This document shows positions 20,568 through 31,581 of a stretch of 64,000 nt of DNA, piece by piece (position 1 is the first letter of the stretch; the number at the start of each line of letters is the position of its first letter). Location of the stretch: assembly GCA_965222605.1 (NCBI GenBank), contig OZ244960.1, positions 2,656,001-2,720,000 of the forward strand. The letters run 5' to 3'. Source of the DNA: Candidatus Latescibacterota bacterium. GTDB lineage: Bacteria > Latescibacterota > UBA2968. The notes beneath the pieces are model-generated. The model saw only the letters and a list, made by a program, of their open reading frames with translations. It did not search any database and had not been told where the DNA came from. The position numbers were made by a program, and so were the translations under genes.

Positions 20568-22928
20568 ATGCCTGCCCGCCGCACGCCCGCGAAATCAAAA
20601 CCCCCTTCTGATCTCACCCATTTCCTATCCCGCCCGTGGATACCCATTGTATTTTTTGCCCTGCTCACCACTGGCTATTTCTATCACATCCTCATCACGG
20701 GCGATGTGATCTACGGCAGCGACACCGGCGCAGAATTTCACAAAGGCAACGAACCCTTTGCAGAAGCCCTGAACAAATTGCCCCAAAAAAACTGGAGCCG
20801 ATTCATGGGCGGCACCCCGGAATCTTCCGCGCTGCGTCCCCAATACTATCCCCTTGTCGTCATCGACCTCTTCACCAGCGAACACCGCTATTTTGGCTGG
20901 CGTTATATCTTCGCCATGTTCACAGCGGGCTACTTCATGTATCTCTGCGCACGCAGCTTTGGCCTCCATCCACTCGCCGCCCTCATCGCAGGTGCGGCCT
21001 ACGCCTCTGCACCCGCATTTCTCTCCTTCTCACACGCCGGGCACTATGCAAAAATGACCGTCATCGGCCTCTTTCCCCTCATGTACTGGGCACTCAACCG
21101 CGGCATGGACACGCGGCGCATCATCTATTTTTTAATCCTCGGCGGCACCGTCGGCATCGCCATCTACAGCCCGCACCTCCAAATGGCCTACTTTGCCCTC
21201 TGGGCACTGGGCCTGCTCTTTCTCTACAGACTCTTATGGGACCTGTTCCGTACCCGAAACACAAAAACTGCCCTCTATCAAACCCTCCTATCAGCAGGCG
21301 CAATCTGCCTGGGCCTCGCCATAGGTGCAGAAGGCGTCATCCCACAATACTGGAACACAACAACATCGTCAAAACGCGCGGTTACTGAGCAAAACGACGG
21401 TTATGAATTTGCCTCATCCTGGTCGCTCCATCCCGAAGAAATATTCGCCCTCGTCATCCCCGAATTTGTCAGCTTTGACACAAACACAACAACCCACAAA
21501 TACTGGGGACGCAACGCCTTCAAAATCAACTCCGAATACGTCGGCATCGTCCCCCTCTTCTTCGCCATCCTCGCCCTCTCGCGCATCCGCAAAAAAATCC
21601 ACATCGCATTCCTCCTGGGCCTCTTCATACTCGCCATCGCCTACGCCCTCGGTCCCCACACACCCCTGCACAAACTCTTTTTTTACATCGTGCCAGGCGT
21701 CAACGTATTGCGCGCACCCGGCATGATCGCCTTCCTCTTTGCCTTTGCATTATGCGCCCTCGGTGCGTACGGCCTCCACCGCCTGATAACCGACGACATC
21801 ACCCCCGAGGCGTCAAAAAAAATCGGCATCGCAGGCGGGATATGCACCGCAATCCTCCTCCTATTTGCCTTCGCCCCTTCTATACTCCTATCCCTGTGGC
21901 AAAACATCGTCTGGACGGACATACCCGCCCCCCGCCTCCAAATCGCCCGAAATAATCTCCCCCTCGCGGGACAAGGCGCATTGCTCGCCGCACTCTTCGT
22001 CGGCACACTCACCGCCATCTCATATCTCCGCGCACAAAACAAAGTCCAAATCTACACCTTTGCCCTCGTCCTCCTCACCGTCATCCTCATCGACACCTGG
22101 CGCATCGACAAACTATTTCTCAATTATATCAACCCCAACCGCGTACCACCCAGCGAGCGCGTCAATGCCGACGCCGTAGCCTTCCTGAAACGAGACAACA
22201 CCCTCTTTCGCGTATTCGCGCTACCCGACCACAACCAGATGCCCTTACCCGGCATAGACCTCGTAACCGGATTCAACGACTTTGCCATCAGGCGTTACGA
22301 CACCATCCTCAAATCCGGAGCCGTCAACAATCCCGCAATCCTCAACCTCCTCAACACCAAATACATCGTCACGCCATCAGAACTGAACATCCCCTATCTC
22401 CAAAAAATCGCCGGACGCCAGGGACTGCATATCTACCGCAACCCCGGTGCACTACCCTGGTTTTATCTTGCACCCCAATACGAAATCATCCCCGATGAAA
22501 ATCAGATCCTCCAAAAACTGACCGACCCCAACACCTACCCCACACAAACAGCACTACTCGAAGAAGATCCCGGCATCACCTCCGACACCGGCGAAACGGG
22601 CAGTGTTGAACGCCTCGAATACGACGAACACCAGGGCTATCTCAAACTCCAAACAACAGCTCCAGGATCCCGCATCCTCGTCATCTCACAAAACCACCAC
22701 CCCAACTGGCGCGCCACCGTCAACGGCGAACCCAAACCCCTCATTCGCGCCAACTACCTCTGGACCGCAATCGCACTTGAACCCGGCGAACACATCGTCG
22801 AACTCACCTACCGCGACCCCATCGTAGCCACCACGCGATGGATCACACTCGGCGGTGTCATCATCCTCATCGCTGCAATCGCGCTGTGCATATACAAATC
22901 CCATGAAAAAACCGACAACACCAACTGA
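20568..22928 (+). CDS. YfhO-family membrane glycosyltransferase-like protein
   Basis: Many TM helices, GTP, SWSLHPEE, LNLLNTKY, HPNWRATVNG..RANY, GEHIVELTY. Confidence 0.8.
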   Translation: MPARRTPAKSKPPSDLTHFLSRPWIPIVFFALLTTGYFYHILITGDVIYGSDTGAEFHKGNEPFAEALNKLPQKNWSRFMGGTPESSALRPQYYPLVVIDLFTSEHRYFGWRYIFAMFTAGYFMYLCARSFGLHPLAALIAGAAYASAPAFLSFSHAGHYAKMTVIGLFPLMYWALNRGMDTRRIIYFLILGGTVGIAIYSPHLQMAYFALWALGLLFLYRLLWDLFRTRNTKTALYQTLLSAGAICLGLAIGAEGVIPQYWNTTTSSKRAVTEQNDGYEFASSWSLHPEEIFALVIPEFVSFDTNTTTHKYWGRNAFKINSEYVGIVPLFFAILALSRIRKKIHIAFLLGLFILAIAYALGPHTPLHKLFFYIVPGVNVLRAPGMIAFLFAFALCALGAYGLHRLITDDITPEASKKIGIAGGICTAILLLFAFAPSILLSLWQNIVWTDIPAPRLQIARNNLPLAGQGALLAALFVGTLTAISYLRAQNKVQIYTFALVLLTVILIDTWRIDKLFLNYINPNRVPPSERVNADAVAFLKRDNTLFRVFALPDHNQMPLPGIDLVTGFNDFAIRRYDTILKSGAVNNPAILNLLNTKYIVTPSELNIPYLQKIAGRQGLHIYRNPGALPWFYLAPQYEIIPDENQILQKLTDPNTYPTQTALLEEDPGITSDTGETGSVERLEYDEHQGYLKLQTTAPGSRILVISQNHHPNWRATVNGEPKPLIRANYLWTAIALEPGEHIVELTYRDPIVATTRWITLGGVIILIAAIALCIYKSHEKTDNTN

Positions 22929-24420
22929 AGCACCCGCCATTCAGCGCATTGCCCGCGGCGCGATACAGACCTTCGGCAGCACCTACCCCGCGCGACTCAT
23001 CAACTTCGCCGTTCTCCTGCTGATCTATCAAATCCTCGTACCCGAAGACTTTGGCGCCATCACAACAGCCTATTCGATCCTCGCCCTTGTAATCGCCATC
23101 CGCGACCTCGGATTGCACTACGCACTATTGCACGAACACGACAACGTCCATGAACTCGCACCCACCCACTTTGTACTCAGCGTCAGCCTGGGCAGCATCA
23201 GCGCACTCCTCGCCCTGTGCATCGCCCTCTATTCCGAACACCTGTTTGAACTCGTCAACACCTGCATCGGCATCACAGACACCCGAAGCTACCCCAAAGT
23301 CGCCATTGCCCTGGGCATATTGGGCGCTTTCGACCTCCTCCGAACAGCCGCCCTCACCGCCGAAACCCAGCTCCAGCGCGACCTCGAATTTGGACGCCTG
23401 GCATTTGCACATGCCGCGGGAACCATCCTCGCAGCCATCGTCGGCCTCATCCTCGCCTACCTCGGATACGGCAAATGGGCACTCATCATCGGATTCTTCC
23501 CATACAGCGTCACCTATATCCTCGTCTATTGCACCGTCGTCTGGCTCCGCCATCCCCCTCCGATAGACCAACTACACACCTTCAACCCGCAAGCCGCGCG
23601 GCGCATGATCCGCTACGGCATCTGGTTCTGGATCGGCGGCATACCCAAAATTTTCATTCAACACTACGACAAACTCATCATCAGCTTATTCTTCACCTTG
23701 AGCCTGCGCGGGATATACGACGCCGCACACAGCTTTGCACAGATACCCAGCGGCGCCATCACCATGGTCATTGTGCGCATCACCGGTGCTGTGTACGCGC
23801 GCTACCAGAACAACCGCGACCAACTCTCCGCAGCATACCGCAGAACCTCGCGCCTCATCCTTCGCACCACAGTCCCCATCTCTCTCGTACTCGCGCTCGA
23901 AGCCGACCGATGGATCCACATCTTCAAACCCGACTGGGCACCCGCAGCCCCCCTGCTCCAATGGCTCATTATCTACTCTCTTTGCCGCCCCCTGCTCGAC
24001 GATGTACACGCCCTATTTTACAGCATAGGCAGCCCCAAAAGCATTGCAAAATTCTCTGCGGCGCAAGCCCTCATCCTCCTCATCCTTGCCCCCTATCTCG
24101 CCCATCACCTGGACGCGATAGGCATTGCCATAAGCATGAACGCCATCGCCATCGTCGGCCTCATCCTCGCACTCATCCTCGTTCGCGCATATGTCGATAT
24201 CCCCATCGCCAAAACATTCGCCCCCCCACTCATCGCCGCAGCCATTGGCACCGGCATGCACTTTGCCTGTGCCGAATGGCTCAACACATTGCCAATTCTG
24301 ATGGGCGTCTTCGCCGGCAGCGCGATCTTTACCCTGAGTTACAGCATCGGCTTGCTCCTCGTTGAACGCAAAACACTAATCGACGAAATCAAAACCGTCA
24401 TCCGCACCATCAAATCATGA
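22903..24420 (+). CDS. Wzx/PST-family polysaccharide flippase
   Basis: LVPEDFG, RDLEF, DKLII; 12 or more TM helices. Confidence 0.8.
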   Translation: MKKPTTPTEAPAIQRIARGAIQTFGSTYPARLINFAVLLLIYQILVPEDFGAITTAYSILALVIAIRDLGLHYALLHEHDNVHELAPTHFVLSVSLGSISALLALCIALYSEHLFELVNTCIGITDTRSYPKVAIALGILGAFDLLRTAALTAETQLQRDLEFGRLAFAHAAGTILAAIVGLILAYLGYGKWALIIGFFPYSVTYILVYCTVVWLRHPPPIDQLHTFNPQAARRMIRYGIWFWIGGIPKIFIQHYDKLIISLFFTLSLRGIYDAAHSFAQIPSGAITMVIVRITGAVYARYQNNRDQLSAAYRRTSRLILRTTVPISLVLALEADRWIHIFKPDWAPAAPLLQWLIIYSLCRPLLDDVHALFYSIGSPKSIAKFSAAQALILLILAPYLAHHLDAIGIAISMNAIAIVGLILALILVRAYVDIPIAKTFAPPLIAAAIGTGMHFACAEWLNTLPILMGVFAGSAIFTLSYSIGLLLVERKTLIDEIKTVIRTIKS

Positions 24421-24421
24421 T

Positions 24422-24560
24422 CAGGATGTGCAGGATGAAAGGATGGACAGGATGAAAATCAAAAACTTCTGGATCGCACGGGACGGCACGGGGACCGTCC
24501 CCTACAACACCATGCCGCGATGACGGCTCTACAGCACATGATTTGCTGACCGCTGATAGC
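24422..24560 (+). repeat. Repeat cluster: CAGGAT units, composite palindrome with nested REP, GCTGACCGCTGATAGC unit
   Basis: Core identical to 11943-11998. Confidence 0.85.
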
Positions 24561-24570
24561 TTGTTTTGCA

Positions 24571-24599
24571 TTGACATTTGTGCCTGTTTCTATTATTAT
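24571..24599 (+). promoter_or_regulatory. Putative sigma-70 promoter
   Basis: TTGACA-N17-TATTAT, followed by AT-rich imperfect palindromes. Confidence 0.55.
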
Positions 24600-24630
24600 T
24601 CTAAAAATAATAATTATTGGAAGAATAATA

Positions 24631-26040
24631 ATGAAATTCTACAACCGAGAAACAGAACTGGCACTTCTTCGAGACCTCACCGAAAGATCTGCACAATATT
24701 CTCAATTCACCGCAATCTTTGGGCGACGTCGCGTGGGAAAAACAGAACTCGTGCGCCAGCATCTCCAGAACCGCGGCATCTATTTCTTTGTCGAAAAACG
24801 CCCCTCAAATGCCCTCCTCGCCGAATTCTCCGCCACCCTCAAATCGCACATTGCCCACGCGCCCGCATTTACAGATTGGAAAGACTTTTTCGTTTTCCTC
24901 TTTGCCGAAACCCAGCACCAGCACCTGATCGTCGTCTTCGATGAATTTCAAAACTTTCTCACCATCGATCCCGCCATCTATTCCATCCTCCAGGGCGTAT
25001 GGGACACATGGCACAAACAATCCAAAATCCATCTCATCGCCATAGGTTCTGTCGTCGGCCTGATGAAAAAAGTCTTCCAGGACGCCAAAGAACCCCTCTA
25101 CGGTCGCCTAACCCGGGAAATTGACCTCAGCCCTTTACCCATCAACGCCATCTATCAAATCGCTACAGAACTCGGCTTTCAATCGCCCACAGACATCCTG
25201 ACCCTTTACGGCATCTTTGGCGGCATGCCCCGGTATTACGAAATTATGGAAAGCATGGGCCTGGGCGGCAGCACCATCCCCCACATTCTCCATCAAGCCC
25301 TGTTCACTCCTTTTGCCCCCTTTCGCAATGAAATGCGCGACATCATCCTCTCTGAATTTGGAAACACGGCCCACACCTATTTGGCAATCCTCGAAGCCAT
25401 CGCCACTGGCAAAACCCGCCGATCTGAAATCGCAGGTCCCGCCGGACTGCCAGCCACGAGCCTGTCCAAATACCTGCGCGAATTATCCGACCTATTTGAC
25501 CTCATCGAACGCGAAGTACCCATCACCGAGCGATCCTGGAAAACAAAAAAGAGTCGCTATAAAATCCGCGACCCTTTTATCACATTCTGGATGCGATTCA
25601 TCTACCGGCAATTGAGCATCTACGAATCGGGCAATTTCCCCTATTTTCTCAATCGCCTCAATACCTGCGTTTCGGAATTCATGGGCTTTGCCTTTGAAAA
25701 TATCACGCGAGAACTCTTGATCAAACTCAACCACCACAACGCCGCGCCCTTCTACTTTCACCGAATTGGACGCTGGTGGGACAGACAAAGCGAAATAGAC
25801 CTCGTCGCCCTCAACCCGGAAACTCGGCAAACCCTCTTTGTCGAATGCAAATGGACATCCACCCCCGTTGGCACAGACGTTCTACAAACCCTGAAACACC
25901 GCGCACAAAACCTCCCAACCTCGGACGCTTTCTATCTCATCACCTCCAAATCCGGATTTACCGACACCCTCAAAAATTTCCGCGACCCACACCTCTACCT
26001 CTGGGACCCAAACGACATCGCGACATTTTTATATAAATAA
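24631..26040 (+). CDS. Archaeal-type ATPase with wHTH and C-terminal DUF234/PD-(D/E)XK domain
   Basis: FYNRETEL, GRRRVGKT, VFDEFQ, GGMPRY, YKIRDPF, WWDRQSEIDLVA..VECKW. Confidence 0.85.
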   Translation: MKFYNRETELALLRDLTERSAQYSQFTAIFGRRRVGKTELVRQHLQNRGIYFFVEKRPSNALLAEFSATLKSHIAHAPAFTDWKDFFVFLFAETQHQHLIVVFDEFQNFLTIDPAIYSILQGVWDTWHKQSKIHLIAIGSVVGLMKKVFQDAKEPLYGRLTREIDLSPLPINAIYQIATELGFQSPTDILTLYGIFGGMPRYYEIMESMGLGGSTIPHILHQALFTPFAPFRNEMRDIILSEFGNTAHTYLAILEAIATGKTRRSEIAGPAGLPATSLSKYLRELSDLFDLIEREVPITERSWKTKKSRYKIRDPFITFWMRFIYRQLSIYESGNFPYFLNRLNTCVSEFMGFAFENITRELLIKLNHHNAAPFYFHRIGRWWDRQSEIDLVALNPETRQTLFVECKWTSTPVGTDVLQTLKHRAQNLPTSDAFYLITSKSGFTDTLKNFRDPHLYLWDPNDIATFLYK

Positions 26041-26131
26041 AATGTTGATAACTTGACCTTTCCCCATCAAAACCCTATGTTTTTTTCTGCAAAAAAACAA
26101 ATCGGTCAAATCACAGACTGAAAGCTCATAC

Positions 26132-27184
26132 ATGAAAACCCTCCTCGTTACCGGTTCATCGGGCCTCATCGGCTCAGAAGTCTGCATCTATTTTGCCGAA
26201 CAGGGATATATTGTCCACGGCATTGACAACAACCAACGCGCCGTCTTTTTTGGTCCCCAGGGAGACACGCGCTGGAATCAAAAACGCCTCAACAGCGTCA
26301 CAAAACACTTCCACCACCACGAAATAGACATCCGCGACCGCACGGGCATCTGCGAACTCCTATCTCAAATTAGACCCAACGCCATCATACACGCAGCTGC
26401 CCAGCCCTCACACGACCTCGCCGCACGCATCCCCTTCGACGACTTTGACACCAACGCCGTCGGCACACTCAACCTCCTCGAAGCCGCACGTCAAACCTGC
26501 CCCGAATCCCCCTTTATCCACATGTCCACCAACAAAGTCTATGGCGATGCCCCCAACCATATAGCCTTAAAAGAATTGGACACCCGCTGGGATTACGACG
26601 ATCCCGCTTACAAACACGGCATCCCCGAAACATTTACCATTGACCAATCCGTGCACTCGCTCTTTGGCGCATCCAAAGTCGCCGCCGATATTATGGTACA
26701 GGAATACGGGCGTTATTTTTCCATGCCCACCTGCTGCTTGCGCGGCGGATGCCTCACCGGTCCCAATCACAGCGGCGTTGAACTCCACGGTTTCTTGAGC
26801 TATCTGGTCAAATGCAACATGGAAGGCCACACGTACACGATCTTTGGATACAAAGGCAAACAGGTACGCGACAATATTCACGCCCTCGACGTCGCCCGTT
26901 TCATGTGGGCCTTTGTCCAATCGCCCCGATGCGGCGAAGTCTATAACTTAGGCGGCGGAAAAAACAACAGTTGTTCCATTCTCGAAGCATTTGATCTCGT
27001 CGCCCGGTATTCTAACAAAAAAATGCAATACACCTATTCCGACCAAAATCGCGAAGGCGATCATATATGCTATTACAGCGACCTCCGCAAAATGAAATCG
27101 CACTATCCCAACTGGGACATTACAAAAACCCTCGAAGACACCTTTGCCGAAATTGTCGCAAGCTGGCAGAAGCGGCTCATATAA
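26132..27184 (+). CDS. NAD-dependent epimerase/dehydratase (CDP-paratose 2-epimerase-like)
   Basis: [26 protein letters not shown]. Confidence 0.85.
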   Translation: MKTLLVTGSSGLIGSEVCIYFAEQGYIVHGIDNNQRAVFFGPQGDTRWNQKRLNSVTKHFHHHEIDIRDRTGICELLSQIRPNAIIHAAAQPSHDLAARIPFDDFDTNAVGTLNLLEAARQTCPESPFIHMSTNKVYGDAPNHIALKELDTRWDYDDPAYKHGIPETFTIDQSVHSLFGASKVAADIMVQEYGRYFSMPTCCLRGGCLTGPNHSGVELHGFLSYLVKCNMEGHTYTIFGYKGKQVRDNIHALDVARFMWAFVQSPRCGEVYNLGGGKNNSCSILEAFDLVARYSNKKMQYTYSDQNREGDHICYYSDLRKMKSHYPNWDITKTLEDTFAEIVASWQKRLI

Positions 27185-27199
27185 TCGGAGAACCTTATT

Positions 27200-28159
27200 A
27201 TGAAAATCCAGGTCTATGCCTGTCACGAAGGCGTACAGGAAAGTCTATTGCGCGAATGGGTCGCACGCGGACATGAAATCTACCTCACCGAAGGCGTTGG
27301 AAAATGGGATGAAAAACGCGCACCAGTAGCTCAGGGCGTCAAACGCGAATGGCCGAGCAATCCCGATGTCCTATGGGTTGGCTCAACACAGGACGTGGGG
27401 CATGCCTTTTTGTACAAATGGAAAAAACTCCGTCCCCACATTCCCATAGTACTCACCCACTGGTGGATTCCATCAATCAGGCGCTTTGCGGGAACCGTGT
27501 ACAAATTCGCCCATCAAATCAGCGTATGCGAATGGGGCCGCGAATATCTCCTGAAACGCTGGAACATAGACTCCGCAGTCATGTACTGCCCGGTAGATCC
27601 GGATATCTTCACCTTAAGAGAAGAAGACCCCGACCCCAAGCGCGTCTTATGCGTGGGCAATCACTTTGCCTCGCGCGACATCATGGGCTGGGAATACCTG
27701 GAACCCATCATACACAAAGTCTATGAACAAGACCCCGAAGTACACTTCGAATTCCTGGGCGTCAATCCCGAAATCGACCCCAAAAACTATCCCAATGTCT
27801 CCACACGCGCCCTCCCCCAAAACGAAATGCCCGACTACCAGGCCAGAGCGCGGTGCGTTGTGATCACCACCACCTTCAACCTCATCCCGCACTCGCTATT
27901 GGGCGCAATGGCACTGGGACGCAACATCGTCGCATTTGATCTCCCATCGCTACACGAAGTCATCGAACACGGAAAAAGTGGATATCTCATCCCGCGTTAC
28001 GATACCGACGCCTTTGCCAAACAAATCCTCCAACTCACCAGCACACCCGTCAACCCGGAAATAGGGCGCAAAGCACGCGAAAACGTATTGGCCAAATGCG
28101 ACCACCGGCTCGTAGCATCGCAGTATGAAGCATTTTTTAAAGCATGTTTGAAAAAATAA
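27200..28159 (+). CDS. GT4-like glycosyltransferase
   Basis: AMALGRNIVA..EVIEHGKSGYLI C-terminal motif. Confidence 0.7.
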   Translation: MKIQVYACHEGVQESLLREWVARGHEIYLTEGVGKWDEKRAPVAQGVKREWPSNPDVLWVGSTQDVGHAFLYKWKKLRPHIPIVLTHWWIPSIRRFAGTVYKFAHQISVCEWGREYLLKRWNIDSAVMYCPVDPDIFTLREEDPDPKRVLCVGNHFASRDIMGWEYLEPIIHKVYEQDPEVHFEFLGVNPEIDPKNYPNVSTRALPQNEMPDYQARARCVVITTTFNLIPHSLLGAMALGRNIVAFDLPSLHEVIEHGKSGYLIPRYDTDAFAKQILQLTSTPVNPEIGRKARENVLAKCDHRLVASQYEAFFKACLKK

Positions 28160-28189
28160 GCTGTTACAATAGTGGATAGGAAATTTTTA

Positions 28190-29929
28190 ATGAGTGACAG
28201 AATACCAACTCGTTATCTGTTAGTCTATATTCTGTGTATAACTTGCCTTTGTGGTGTCGGTTTCGCAGGGCTACGCAATCACCCCTGGTCTTATGATGAT
28301 CTCGATCATATTAAAAAAGCACAGAGCGCACAGGAGAACATAACTTCTATTTTTTCACCTGAAAAGACGGCATTACGGCTGCGGTTTGTTTTATCCTCCT
28401 ATTTTTATGCAGCTTACAAGGTCTTTGGTGAAGATCCAAGAGGATATCATATTCTCAATATCTTATTTCATGTTCTCAACAGCCTGCTGTGTGCCCAGCT
28501 CTTACTTACGCTTTTTTCTTGCCCTAAGCTCGCAGCCCTGGGTGGATTTTTATTTGCGATCAATACAACGCACTATGAAGCAATCTACTGGGTGGCAGCC
28601 AGTGCCGTACTTTTGGGAACTGGCTTTGCCATGACATCTGTTCTCTTTTTTGCAAAATATCTGGCATCCAATCGCAAAGTCCATCTCACTTTCGCTTCTT
28701 TTGCCTATGCAGCGACAATTTTTAGTTACGAATCATTAGGAGTTGTTTTTGCGATTATTCTTCTTTTGTGGTTGCAACACAAATCAAAGCCGCGTTTTAA
28801 GGATTTCACGGCTCTATTACCGTTTCTTGTTGTTGCTGCCATGCTCTTTTTAATTAATGATATCTATTACCAGAATCTTCCATCAAATCAAGAAAACTAT
28901 CGTCTGGGCTTACATATACCCTACAACTTCGCTTTTTTTATAGGTCGGCTTTTTTTGAATTGGAGCTTTGCACCATTTGGCTGGGAGGCCGGTGCTCCTT
29001 TTGATATCCCGAAAGCCTATTTCGATTGGTATGTAGCAGCGGGATTGATAATCCTGACTGGATTGGGATATGCTGCCTATCAGTCCAAAACTGTTTGTTT
29101 TGCCTCTGCATGGATTCTTGTGACAATTTTGCCTTATACATTATGGGATAATTACTCCTTCTTCCCCCGATATTGGTATTCTCCCGCGATAGGTGGGTCA
29201 GCAATTTTTGCCGTCTTTTTGCTTTGGTTCTATTCTATTCTTCCCTTAAGTTCACGCTTAAAATTCGCCTGTTTTTCGCTGATCATTACATGTTTTACAA
29301 TTTTCAGTTTGCGAAAAATGGAAATTTACGAAGGGTACTACCTATGGCATGATGCGAATTTTTATGATAATCATAAAAATGATCCTGAAACAGCGATCAC
29401 ATATTATGAGCGTGTTCTATCAGAATACGAGCTAAAATTTTCTCTTTTGACAAATAACTTAGGGGTAGCCTATCAACGAGTAGGCGACCTTGACAAAGCT
29501 CTTCAAATGCATCATGAGACAATACAGATAGATCCAAGCTATGATAAAGGCATCTTAAATTATGCCTATGTCCTATCCTTACAGAACCGAATTTCGGAGT
29601 CGGTTCGGGCATATTCATCTGTGGTCAAAAGAGATCCGGTCTATGTTCCTTATATATGGAAAAGCGGTATCGCACTTTATGAACGCGGCGATATTGACGC
29701 AGCTATTCAGTTTTTTCGCTTGGCTGTAAAAACAGATCCAAAAGATGAACAAAATTATTTTATTTTGGGCGTCCTTTTCCAAACGGAAGGAAAAATTGAG
29801 GACGCGATATCGGCATACAAACAAGCCCTGTCTATCAATCCAGAACATGCAAATGCCAAGACCATATTAGAAGAACTTTTGGCAAATCCTGAAATGAGCG
29901 CACCCAAATTGGCGTTTCAGCCCCAGTAG
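28190..29929 (+). CDS. TMTC-like multi-TM GT-C protein with C-terminal TPRs
   Basis: YDD, GYHILNILFHVLN, HYEAIYWVAA, SYE, RYWYSP; TPR tail (alternative start 28172). Confidence 0.72.
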   Translation: MSDRIPTRYLLVYILCITCLCGVGFAGLRNHPWSYDDLDHIKKAQSAQENITSIFSPEKTALRLRFVLSSYFYAAYKVFGEDPRGYHILNILFHVLNSLLCAQLLLTLFSCPKLAALGGFLFAINTTHYEAIYWVAASAVLLGTGFAMTSVLFFAKYLASNRKVHLTFASFAYAATIFSYESLGVVFAIILLLWLQHKSKPRFKDFTALLPFLVVAAMLFLINDIYYQNLPSNQENYRLGLHIPYNFAFFIGRLFLNWSFAPFGWEAGAPFDIPKAYFDWYVAAGLIILTGLGYAAYQSKTVCFASAWILVTILPYTLWDNYSFFPRYWYSPAIGGSAIFAVFLLWFYSILPLSSRLKFACFSLIITCFTIFSLRKMEIYEGYYLWHDANFYDNHKNDPETAITYYERVLSEYELKFSLLTNNLGVAYQRVGDLDKALQMHHETIQIDPSYDKGILNYAYVLSLQNRISESVRAYSSVVKRDPVYVPYIWKSGIALYERGDIDAAIQFFRLAVKTDPKDEQNYFILGVLFQTEGKIEDAISAYKQALSINPEHANAKTILEELLANPEMSAPKLAFQPQ

Positions 29930-29989
29930 TTCGGACACTTTTGGCAAGTCCTATTGTCCGCTATAGGAATCCCACAAAATGACCAAACC

Positions 29990-30007
29990 CCATGCCGCGA
30001 TGACGGC
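29990..30007 (+). repeat. Half copy of the GCCGCGATGAC palindrome family
   Basis: ccatgccgcgatgacggc. Confidence 0.6.
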
Positions 30008-30057
30008 TAAAACCCGTGGATTAAGTTAAGAGACCACTAAATAAAATTATCTATATC

Positions 30058-31581
30058 ATGAAAAAAAAACGCCAACAAAAGGCGACCTCTCCGTCCTTTA
30101 ACCTCGCGCAGCACGAACGCAAACCCTATTTTTTGCCTGCGCTCGGTCTGTGCGGATTGCTCATGGGCATTCTTCTTTTCGACGCCAACCTCTCCCTCAC
30201 CGGCGACAATGCCCAATTCATCAACCTGGGGCGATCTCTTGCCGATGGACACGGACTCTCGGAAACCATTGAAGGCGAACCCATCCCACACACCAAATAC
30301 CCCTTCGGATTTCCGCTCCTCCTCGCCATTACCGACATCATCTTCCCCGGCAACCTCATCGCACTCAAAAGTCTTATCGTCCTCCTCTACGCCATCTCAA
30401 TCCCACTCACCTATCTCCTCATCCGCCGCTTTGCCGCTTCGACCATGGCACTCGGCGTAAGCGCGCTATGTCTTGCTTCCCCCCTCCTGTTGGACTATTC
30501 GCACCAGGTCATGTCCGAAATCCCCTTCCTGCTATTTTCTCTCCTTGCTCTCCTCCTCCTTCACCGCGCACAAAAGACCAACACCCTATCCACGCTCGCA
30601 CTCGCAATCATCGCCATGATCGCCGCCTACTACATTCGCAGCGCAGGCATCATCCTCATCGCTACCGGCATAATTTTCTTTGCCCTGCACAAAAAATGGA
30701 AAGAAACCGGCCTCATCGCCGTCGGCAGCCTCCTCCTTGCCCTCCCCTATCAAATCCGCAACGCATCACTCGGTGGAAACGACTACATCAATCAACTCCT
30801 CAGCATAAACCCCTACCGTCCAGAAGAAGGCGCACTCACATTCACCACCCTGATCGAACGCATCCTCGCAAATCTCGAAATCTACGGCCTGCAAATCATC
30901 CCCTACATCTTTCTACCCAGTTTTATCGACGCCAACTATTTTGTCGGCATCGTCTTCTCCGTCCTGATCCTCTACGCCCTGATCGCCGGACTCATAAAAC
31001 GGCATTTGCTCATCGTGTACCTCACCTGCTATCTGGGCCTCTACATCCTCTGGCCCCATGTCTGGTCCGACACGCGCTTTCTCATCCCGGCCATACCCAT
31101 CCTCTTCTACGCCATCCTCACCAGCATGGACGAACTCCTCCAACTCCTCGCCAGAGCACTCAAAAAAAAGGCCCGCCGCACGGGCACCGTATTCTTCTTT
31201 CTCTTTCTCCTCGGCTCAAACATCTTTGCAACCAACGACCTCGCCGAACGCATTGGACAGTTGTCACCCAACTGGGACAATTACTTTGCCGCTGCAGAAT
31301 GGATCAGAGACAACACCGAATCCGATGTCAAAATCGCCTGCCGCAAGCCGTATCTCATGAACGCGGTTGCCAACCGCAAAGCCACGGGCTACTCATGGAA
31401 AGCTCCGGATCAGGTCATTGCCGACTTTGAACAAAAGGGAATCCGCATCGTCGTCATTGACCAGATCGGATTCCGCTCCACACCCGAATTTCTCGTCCCC
31501 GCCATCCAGGCACATGAAAATCGATTTAAAATCCTCCACATCGTACGCGATCCCAACACCTACGTCTTAACATTCAAATGA
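30058..31581 (+). CDS. GT-C (GT39/ArnT-like) glycosyltransferase
   Basis: GDNAQF, YPFGFPLLL, VMSEIPF, RFLIP. Confidence 0.72.
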   Translation: MKKKRQQKATSPSFNLAQHERKPYFLPALGLCGLLMGILLFDANLSLTGDNAQFINLGRSLADGHGLSETIEGEPIPHTKYPFGFPLLLAITDIIFPGNLIALKSLIVLLYAISIPLTYLLIRRFAASTMALGVSALCLASPLLLDYSHQVMSEIPFLLFSLLALLLLHRAQKTNTLSTLALAIIAMIAAYYIRSAGIILIATGIIFFALHKKWKETGLIAVGSLLLALPYQIRNASLGGNDYINQLLSINPYRPEEGALTFTTLIERILANLEIYGLQIIPYIFLPSFIDANYFVGIVFSVLILYALIAGLIKRHLLIVYLTCYLGLYILWPHVWSDTRFLIPAIPILFYAILTSMDELLQLLARALKKKARRTGTVFFFLFLLGSNIFATNDLAERIGQLSPNWDNYFAAAEWIRDNTESDVKIACRKPYLMNAVANRKATGYSWKAPDQVIADFEQKGIRIVVIDQIGFRSTPEFLVPAIQAHENRFKILHIVRDPNTYVLTFK

